64,000 nucleotides of DNA, taken from assembly GCA_015233335.1 (NCBI GenBank), contig JADFXX010000002.1, positions 128,891 to 192,890 on the forward strand. Direction: 5' to 3'. The notes beneath the pieces are model-generated. The model saw only the letters and a list, made by a program, of their open reading frames with translations. It had not been told where the DNA came from and did not search any database. Below, piece after piece: positions 48,455 to 55,614 of this stretch; the stretch's first letter is position 1, and each line of letters starts with the position of its first letter. The stretch is from Candidatus Omnitrophota bacterium. Its GTDB lineage: Bacteria > Omnitrophota > Gorgyraeia > Zapsychrales > Fredricksoniimonadaceae. A program made the translations under genes and the position numbers.

Positions 48455-49366
48455 TTATCCTTTCCACATTTTTACAACAAACCCAAAAAAACCTAAAGCA
48501 AAAGCAATCAAAAGCAAATGATTGACCCTGTTAAGCCGTAAACGTGCCGTGGTTGATTCTACTATGCCAACAGCTATAGATACAGCCAGCATCCCCCCTA
48601 AAAATATCAGCATATCCATAACCTTATTGACCGGCTCAATTGGTAGAATAATAGGGATCAGGATTCCGGCAAAAACAAATAACTTTATAGCTGAAGCATA
48701 AAGCAAGAATCCCAGATCGACCCCGCTATGGTCCAAAATTTTGACTTCATGGATCATGGTCAACTCCAAATGAGTATCAGGATCATCAATGGGAATACGC
48801 GCATTTTCGGCCAGAATTAAAATAAAAAAACTGCCTACCACTAAAATAAGCACTGTCCCCCAAAGCTTCCAAGACAGAGGAAGATTACCCCCGATCATGG
48901 AGGATAAAGAAATGCTGTGCTGGGCAAGAGAAAGCGTAATAAAATTCATGAACAAGATCATTTCACAAAGACACGAAAAGAAAGCCTCACGGCTGGCCCC
49001 CATACCTTCAAAACTATAGCCCGTATCCAGAGCCGCTATGATCATAAAAAACCTGGCTAGCCCTAAAATAGAAGCCGCCAAGAAAATGTCACCTGTAAAT
49101 TGAAGGGGCGCTTTAAATGGCCCTAGAGGAACAAGCAGAGCTAACAACAATACAGCGGCGAGGCAAATAATAGGTACGGCACGAAAAACCCATGTAGTCG
49201 TCCTGCTATAAACAGAATCCTTTTGAAAAAGCCTTTGCAGATCAAAAAAAGGTTGAAACAATGAGGGCCCTTTTTTACCTGCAAAAAACGCCTTAACCTT
49301 AGCGATAACACCCACAAACAAAGGTGCCAGTAAAAACACTATGATCCAGTGAGAAAAAATTAACAT
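48455..49366 (-). CDS. NuoH/HycD-like membrane subunit
   Basis: 303 aa. The AENARIPIDDPDTHLELTMIHE loop corresponds to the conserved E..R.PFD..E.E.EL loop of NuoH/HycD. Confidence 0.75.
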   Translation of the reverse strand: MLIFSHWIIVFLLAPLFVGVIAKVKAFFAGKKGPSLFQPFFDLQRLFQKDSVYSRTTTWVFRAVPIICLAAVLLLALLVPLGPFKAPLQFTGDIFLAASILGLARFFMIIAALDTGYSFEGMGASREAFFSCLCEMILFMNFITLSLAQHSISLSSMIGGNLPLSWKLWGTVLILVVGSFFILILAENARIPIDDPDTHLELTMIHEVKILDHSGVDLGFLLYASAIKLFVFAGILIPIILPIEPVNKVMDMLIFLGGMLAVSIAVGIVESTTARLRLNRVNHLLLIAFALGFFGFVVKMWKG

Positions 49367-49370
49367 ATTT

Positions 49371-51191
49371 TTATTTTAATTTCCAAACCAATAAGATTAT
49401 CAAATATAAGAAAATGTACATCAGATACATCTGTGTATACCGAATACGGCTGATATCCAATTTCCTTGATAAATTCGTCAATTTGCCGAATACTGGCTTA
49501 AACAAAAATTCTTCAAAGAAATCGCTGACCGATGAAGACATGGATGCCGATTGAGGGAAAAAGCCTTTAACCTGGGGAAATGTCCGTTTATAAAATAAAA
49601 TTCTCTTAAAAAAATCTAGAATAAGCCGTGCAAAAGAAGAAGAGGTGTATTGCATCCGAGGTGTCACATAAGAAAAACCACAACGCCAAGTTTCACTGAC
49701 AGATGCAGGCAAAGCCTTTAAAAATAATACGCGTAAATAAGTCAAAATTAGCACTAACGCAAGAAAAAGAACAACACCACCGATCATACAGGTTAGCGGT
49801 GAAAAAATATTATCCATGGGAAGCTCTAAAAGATCGGCATGGGACAAAAAAGCCCCCCCCAAAAAAGCTATGCCTGCCGCTGTTCTTGGGAAAAGACCGA
49901 TCCATAAACAAAATCCTGCCAAAACGATCATAGGGATACACATCCATAATGAAATTCTTTCCCCCAGCTGCGATCCTTTTGGCACGCGAGGTTCACCTAA
50001 GAATACTGTACCGTAAACCTTGGAAAAACAAGCTAGTGCAAGCGTTCCCATAAGGGCCAGTGCAATAATCCCCAAAGCACAGACAAATGTCCCCTGTAAA
50101 GGCAGATGAAAAATACCCTGAAAAAGGCCAAAATAAATAATAAACTCACTAATAAACCCGTTAAATAACGGTAATCCGCAGATGGCCAATGCCCCTATAA
50201 GAAATAAAATACTGACAAGCGGCATGACCTTGGCCATCCCTCCCATACGGTCCATCTCACCTGTGTGTGTTTTTTGAATAACAGCACCTGCAGCCAAAAA
50301 CAAAAGTCCTTTAAAAATGGCATGGTTAAAAACATGTAAGAGTGCACCACCAAACCCAAGCACAGCTAAAAAAGGCATACGATGACTCTCTCCCAGCAAC
50401 CCAACACCCAATCCAAGCGCAACAATCCCAATATTCTCGATACTATGATACGCTAAAAGTCTTTTAAGCTCATGCTGTCCTAAGGCATATAAAACCCCCA
50501 TCACTCCGCACAGAACGCCTATGATCAATAGCAAATATCCACACCAATCCGGAAGGACACCGATCATCCACAACACACGGCAGATACCGTAAATACCCAT
50601 TTTGATCATAACGCCGGATAAAACTGCCGATACGTGGCTCGGAGCTGCCGGATGCGCATGAGGCAGCCAAATATGGAGTGGAATAAAACCTGCCTTAACC
50701 CCAAAACCAAAAATAGCTAGAAGAAATATAACACCCGCAAGAACCGGCGGGAAAGGAGCATGACTGATGATGTCAAAATTCATGGACCCGCTGTTAGAGG
50801 CCATTAAAAAGAACATTATGATAAGAAGAAAAGTCCCACAGTGGGAAGCGATCAAATAAAGGAAACCGGCCCGGCGTACGTCAGACTCCTCATCCTTGAA
50901 AACAACCAAAAAAAATGCTGAAACCGACATTATTTCCCATGCGCCTAGAAAAAGAATCACATTATTAGCCAGAACAATCACTATAAGAGCCAGTGACAAA
51001 ACCAAATAAAAGAAGATATGAAGCCCCACAGGCCTCTTGGAGGCGTACGGACGCATATAACCGACAGCGTAAATGCCTGCACACAAGATTAAAATTATGA
51101 CCGCAACCAAAAAAATAAAACTCAACGGGTCAAATTTAAGCGAAAACTCCCCGAAGGGAACATGCCATGAGGATTGAAAATATTTTTCCAT
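49371..51191 (-). CDS. NuoL/HyfB-like antiporter-like membrane subunit
   Basis: 606 aa. IPLHIWLPHAHPAAPSHVSAVLSGVMIKMGIYG signature. Confidence 0.8.
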   Translation of the reverse strand: MEKYFQSSWHVPFGEFSLKFDPLSFIFLVAVIILILCAGIYAVGYMRPYASKRPVGLHIFFYLVLSLALIVIVLANNVILFLGAWEIMSVSAFFLVVFKDEESDVRRAGFLYLIASHCGTFLLIIMFFLMASNSGSMNFDIISHAPFPPVLAGVIFLLAIFGFGVKAGFIPLHIWLPHAHPAAPSHVSAVLSGVMIKMGIYGICRVLWMIGVLPDWCGYLLLIIGVLCGVMGVLYALGQHELKRLLAYHSIENIGIVALGLGVGLLGESHRMPFLAVLGFGGALLHVFNHAIFKGLLFLAAGAVIQKTHTGEMDRMGGMAKVMPLVSILFLIGALAICGLPLFNGFISEFIIYFGLFQGIFHLPLQGTFVCALGIIALALMGTLALACFSKVYGTVFLGEPRVPKGSQLGERISLWMCIPMIVLAGFCLWIGLFPRTAAGIAFLGGAFLSHADLLELPMDNIFSPLTCMIGGVVLFLALVLILTYLRVLFLKALPASVSETWRCGFSYVTPRMQYTSSSFARLILDFFKRILFYKRTFPQVKGFFPQSASMSSSVSDFFEEFLFKPVFGKLTNLSRKLDISRIRYTQMYLMYIFLYLIILLVWKLK

Positions 51192-51874
51192 TATGAAATT
51201 TTTGCGACCTTTGATTCCGCTACTTGAAATGCTGCCAGGATCTCCTCACTCTGGATCCGGCGCTGTAAAGCTGATTTAACTTCCTGATCCTGCAGACAAA
51301 ATGCGAGGCGTGACAGCAAAGATAAATGCCATTTGAATGATGAAGATAAAATAACAAATAACGTATGCACGCCTTCACCGTCTGGTGAAGAAAAATCAAC
51401 GGCCTTTTCTAGGAAAAAAAGCCCGACAATGGGTTCCATTCCCGCCAGTACCACCGGATGTTTAACATGCGGAATCGCAATCCCATTGCCAATGCCTGTC
51501 GTTCCCGCCTGCTCACGAGACAGCAACATCTCTTTTAAAGATGATTTCCGGATATGATCAGGCAGGACCAAAAGATCTAAAACTCTTCCTAAGATTTCTT
51601 CTCGATGATGACCAGTGAGGCCAAAATAGACTCCGCCACGCATGAGTGCCGGAGTAATAAGATCCTGCCCCTGACGGGCTTTTTCGCAAAGTTTCAATGC
51701 ACCGGCTGTAAGACATATTCGATTTTTTAAAGCCCATTCCAGGACTTCAACCGAATTAAAATAATACTGATCATTGGCCTTGATCGCAGGCATCCCCTGC
51801 TTATTAAGCCATTGATAAAGCTTCTCCTCAGGGATCCCAAACGCCTTTTCTATGTCACGGAAAGTCAGCTGCAT
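51191..51874 (-). CDS. HTH (excisionase/MerR-like) + PTS EIIA type-2 (EIIA-Ntr-like) domain protein
   Basis: 227 aa. N-terminal LTFRDIEKAFGIPEEKLYQWLNKQGMPA HTH. C-terminal GTTGIGNGIAIPHVKHP phosphorylatable-His motif. Its stop overlaps the next gene's ATG (TAATG). Confidence 0.75.
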   Translation of the reverse strand: MQLTFRDIEKAFGIPEEKLYQWLNKQGMPAIKANDQYYFNSVEVLEWALKNRICLTAGALKLCEKARQGQDLITPALMRGGVYFGLTGHHREEILGRVLDLLVLPDHIRKSSLKEMLLSREQAGTTGIGNGIAIPHVKHPVVLAGMEPIVGLFFLEKAVDFSSPDGEGVHTLFVILSSSFKWHLSLLSRLAFCLQDQEVKSALQRRIQSEEILAAFQVAESKVAKIS

Positions 51875-53289
51875 ACAATGCTTTGAGCAACCCCTGTTTG
51901 ATGCGCTGCCCCTTCAACGGCTTTGGTCACAGCTTCAACCACACGTTTATCAAAAATACTGGGAACAATGTATTCACTGCTCAGCTGGGTCGGCAAAATA
52001 AGATTGGCTATCGCGTCAGAAGCGGCAATTTTCATAGCCTCATTAATTTGTTTGGCACGTACATTCAAGGCCCCTCTGAATATACCGGGAAAAGCTAAAG
52101 CATTGTTAATTTGATTAGGAAAATCTGAACGGCCGGTCGCAAAAACCCGACAAACTTTGAAAGCCTGATGAGGATCAATCTCCGGATCAGGATTGGCCAT
52201 GGCAAATACAATACGATCTTTTTTCATCACCTTGAGATCTTCCTTGGATAAAATGTTCCCAGCTGAAACTCCGATGAAAACATCCGCTCCCCGCAAAGCT
52301 TCCCGTAAAGTTAAAACGGGATCATTGGGGGAAGCGCATGAAAACAAGTCCTGACGTGCACGGTCCAAATTAGCGCCATTGGCGATCAGAACAACTCCCT
52401 TGCGATTACAAGCCAGCAAATTCGAAACTCCTGCGGCCAATAGGATCCGGCAACAAGCCGCTCCCGCCGCCCCCAATCCATTCACGACAACGTGAACCCG
52501 TTTAATATCTTTTTTAACAACTTTCAATGCGTTTTTTAAGGCCGCCAATATAACGACCGCAGTCCCATGCTGGTCGTCATGCATCACCGGTATAGATAAA
52601 ATCTTTTTAAGCCTCTCTTCAATTTCAAAACAACGCGGAGCGCTGATATCTTCCAAATTAATACCGCCGAATGCCGGGGCGATATTCTGGACCGTCTTGA
52701 CAATTTCGTCAACATTCTGAGTGGCCAAACAAATAGGCCAGGCATCTATATTGGCAAACTCCTTAAAGATCATGGCCTTGCCTTCCATGACAGGCAAGGC
52801 AGCCTCAGGCCCCAAATTCCCTAATCCCAGAATAGCAGACCCGTCTGTCACGATAGCAACGCTATTGGCTTTGATAGTCAATTTATAAACCTCTTCTGGG
52901 TTTTTAGCAATCACTTGAGAAACTTTTGCAACTCCGGGGGTATACGCCATGGAAAGCTGATTACGTGTTTGCAGGGGGGTTTTATTATGAACCTGTATCT
53001 TCCCCCCTAAATGAAGCAGTAATACCCGATCAGATATCGCAATGATCCTGACATTTTTCAATTTTCCTAGACCTTTAAGGATCTTTTCGGCATCTTTTTC
53101 CCGGGCCACGTCAAAGGTTACATCACGAATGATTTTGGTGGCCGTAACATCGACGATGTCCACTGCTCCCAGTCCCGCTTTAGCAGAGGCGATCAATGCG
53201 GCGACAGACGCAAAAACACCCGGCCGATTTACAAGCTCCAGACGAATAGTCACTTTATTATTGGATGAAAAATTGCTTTCATTGTCCAT
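51865..53289 (-). CDS. NAD(P)-dependent malic enzyme with an N-terminal ACT domain
   Basis: Trimmed to the ATG preceded by GGGAGAG (MDNESNF...). ACT-like region, then AYTPGVA, GLGNLGP, MHDDQHGTA and GLGAAG motifs. Confidence 0.85.
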   Translation of the reverse strand: MDNESNFSSNNKVTIRLELVNRPGVFASVAALIASAKAGLGAVDIVDVTATKIIRDVTFDVAREKDAEKILKGLGKLKNVRIIAISDRVLLLHLGGKIQVHNKTPLQTRNQLSMAYTPGVAKVSQVIAKNPEEVYKLTIKANSVAIVTDGSAILGLGNLGPEAALPVMEGKAMIFKEFANIDAWPICLATQNVDEIVKTVQNIAPAFGGINLEDISAPRCFEIEERLKKILSIPVMHDDQHGTAVVILAALKNALKVVKKDIKRVHVVVNGLGAAGAACCRILLAAGVSNLLACNRKGVVLIANGANLDRARQDLFSCASPNDPVLTLREALRGADVFIGVSAGNILSKEDLKVMKKDRIVFAMANPDPEIDPHQAFKVCRVFATGRSDFPNQINNALAFPGIFRGALNVRAKQINEAMKIAASDAIANLILPTQLSSEYIVPSIFDKRVVEAVTKAVEGAAHQTGVAQSIVCS

Positions 53290-53354
53290 ATTTTTCGACT
53301 CTCCCTTCAGGGAAAATTTAACCCCCATCCGCTAATGTGTCCTTTAGCATGACA

Positions 53355-53379
53355 GGGGCCTACCATTAAAAAAATATTT
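53355..53379 (+). repeat. 25-nt direct repeat, copy 1 (intergenic)
   Basis: ggggcctaccattaaaaaaatattt is 24/25 identical to 54492-54516. Confidence 0.8.
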
Positions 53380-53507
53380 TCAAAGCTGGATATGTAATTA
53401 TGATACTCTCCTGTCCCTTATTGTCAATACCGCAGCCAACATTATCCTAAATCACCATCGGCTTTATTTACATTGGTTCATCATCCTGTTAAAATAACCA
53501 CACCCTT

Positions 53508-54134
53508 ATGTTAGCCACCTTTATCATTCAGCCTTTGCTTGTCGGCCTTTCTCTGGGGGCTTTTTGCCTTTCCTATTGCTTCCCTTTTTTATCCACCTTT
53601 GTGGCCAGTGATCCCAGAAGCGTCAAAGAAAATGCTAAACTGATCGTTCGTTTTATATTCGGCCGTCTGCTCGGTTATATAATGTTTGGCATTATATTCG
53701 GATTTCTGGGTGAAAAACTGCAATCTCCTTTATTAACTCTTGCCACAGACCTGTCCCTGATCTTTATTTCCTTCATCTTAATTTTATACCTCTGCGGCCT
53801 TTTAAAACAACAAGAAGGCAATTGCCCTTCCCGAAAATTTCAAAATCAAAATGCCATGATGATGGGTTTTTTCATGGGAATCAATATCTGTCCCCCTTTT
53901 TTATTATCACTCCCTTATGTTTTTTCTTTACATAGCACATGGCTGGGGGTCTTATATTTTCTCATTTTCTTTGTAAGCAGTTCTATTTTCTTTCTACCGA
54001 TGATCTTTGTGGGGATGCTGGCCCGCATCAAAGAATTTCAACTCGTGGCCCGCATAAGTGGTTTTATCTGTGCTGGCATTTTCATTGCTTACGGAGCATA
54101 TTCGATTATTCATACTTTTATTATTAAACATTAG
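53508..54134 (+). CDS. Polytopic membrane protein with paired Cys motifs (DsbD_2 / UreH-like / TauE-like transporter fold)
   Basis: 208 aa, about 6 TM helices. GAFCLSYCFP in TM1 and GINICPPF in a later TM resemble the HCxxMCGP / PCG motifs of that family, from memory. Confidence 0.45.
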   Translation: MLATFIIQPLLVGLSLGAFCLSYCFPFLSTFVASDPRSVKENAKLIVRFIFGRLLGYIMFGIIFGFLGEKLQSPLLTLATDLSLIFISFILILYLCGLLKQQEGNCPSRKFQNQNAMMMGFFMGINICPPFLLSLPYVFSLHSTWLGVLYFLIFFVSSSIFFLPMIFVGMLARIKEFQLVARISGFICAGIFIAYGAYSIIHTFIIKH

Positions 54135-54175
54135 TAGTTAGATACACTGGCTATTCATCCATCATAGGAGGGGCC

Positions 54176-54487
54176 ATGCTTGGCGGTAAGTTTCTTAACA
54201 AGATAGATAAATTTGGCGTATGGATCTTAATGCTTCTGGTTTTGTCCTTTGTCCTGACCGGCTACGGCATGACCAAACACATCATGGACCCTGTGCTGGC
54301 TAAATATATCCACACAGAGCTGTTGCCCTTACCTTTACTCATTTTCTTTTGTATTCATATCATCAAGGCTGTGCGCAACCAATTAAAAAAATGGAGTGTT
54401 TTTAAGGAAGATCGCATCCTGGACATGTATGCATACAGCCTCGTACTAATCATTACCTTCATTTTGATCTGGTTGAATTTTCGCTAG
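54176..54487 (+). CDS. Small 3-TM membrane protein, unknown function
   Basis: 103 aa. GGAGGGG SD. Three hydrophobic segments with conserved-looking His residues. Confidence 0.5.
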   Translation: MLGGKFLNKIDKFGVWILMLLVLSFVLTGYGMTKHIMDPVLAKYIHTELLPLPLLIFFCIHIIKAVRNQLKKWSVFKEDRILDMYAYSLVLIITFILIWLNFR

Positions 54488-54489
54488 CT

Positions 54490-55614
54490 ATGGGGCCTAT
54501 CATTAAAAAAATATTTGCCGGTCTTTTTCTAATTCTTATCCTTGGATCATCTGTGTATGTGGTCATCCACCGGGAAAAAATAGTGCGCCAGGAAGAGGAT
54601 CCTTCTCTATTCCACGAAGCGTCCTACTACGATAAACTTTTGGGCAGCTTGGTCCAGTGCCGCCTTTGCCCTAACGAATGCATTCTTTCACCCGGCCAGT
54701 ACGGCACCTGCAAGGCGCGCAAGAACATTAACGGCAAACTTTATTCTATGGTCTATGGTAAAATTGCAACAGCCCATCTTGATCCCATCGAAAAAAAACC
54801 CTTTTTCCACGTGCTGCCTGCAACGGCAGCATTTTCTATCGCCACCACTGGCTGCAACATCCAATGCCTGTTTTGCCAAAACTGGGAAATCTCTCAAGCA
54901 TTTCCTTTTGATTCACAAACCGTCCCAGCAACTCCCCAACAAATAGTAGATAAGGCTTTAGAAAGCGGGGCTCGAACGATTGCGTTCACTTATAGCGAAC
55001 CGACCATTTCTTTCGAATACGTACTCGATATTGCCAAGTTGGCCCATGCCGCGGGATTAAAAACACTTATGGTCAGCAATGGCTATATTGAGCAAAAACC
55101 CCTCAAAGAACTCCTTCCTTACATTGATGCCTATAAAGTAGATTTCAAAGGCTTTGACGAAAAATTTTACAAAAAGTTAACCCACGGCCACCTACAACCG
55201 GTTTTAGACGCCATGAAAACGATCCATGAAAATGGAGTATGGCTTGAGATTGTCACCTTGCTTGTCACTAATCAAAATGACAGCGACAGACAAATTCGGG
55301 ATTTAGCCAATTGGGTCAAAAATAATCTGGGAGAGAATGTCCCTTTACATTTCTCACGCTTTGCCCCCCAATATAAAATGCTCAACGTCCCCGCAACCCC
55401 GCCTGAAACCGTCATCCGTGCCCGTGAAATTGCTATGCAGGAAGGTTTAAAATATGTCTATACCGGCAATATCGTCTACCCTCCGGGAGAGATCACCCGC
55501 TGCCCCTCATCAGGCGAAGAGATTATTGTGCGTCAGGGCATGTTTACCATTTATAACGGACTGAAAAACGGGGCTTGCAGTGACGGGGAAAAAATACCGG
55601 GCGTTTGGGATTAG
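54490..55614 (+). CDS. AmmeMemoRadiSam-system-type radical SAM enzyme (PflA-like) with an N-terminal membrane anchor
   Basis: 374 aa. VQCRLCPNEC...GTCKARKN, DPIEKKPFFH, and the radical SAM motif GCNIQCLFCQN. The first about 30 aa (MGPIIKKIFAGLFLILILGSSVYVVI) form a TM helix. Confidence 0.75.
   Translation: MGPIIKKIFAGLFLILILGSSVYVVIHREKIVRQEEDPSLFHEASYYDKLLGSLVQCRLCPNECILSPGQYGTCKARKNINGKLYSMVYGKIATAHLDPIEKKPFFHVLPATAAFSIATTGCNIQCLFCQNWEISQAFPFDSQTVPATPQQIVDKALESGARTIAFTYSEPTISFEYVLDIAKLAHAAGLKTLMVSNGYIEQKPLKELLPYIDAYKVDFKGFDEKFYKKLTHGHLQPVLDAMKTIHENGVWLEIVTLLVTNQNDSDRQIRDLANWVKNNLGENVPLHFSRFAPQYKMLNVPATPPETVIRAREIAMQEGLKYVYTGNIVYPPGEITRCPSSGEEIIVRQGMFTIYNGLKNGACSDGEKIPGVWD
54492..54516 (+). 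repeat. 25-nt direct repeat, copy 2 (covers codons 1-9 of the radical SAM gene)
   Basis: ggggcctatcattaaaaaaatattt is 24/25 identical to 53355-53379. Confidence 0.8.
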
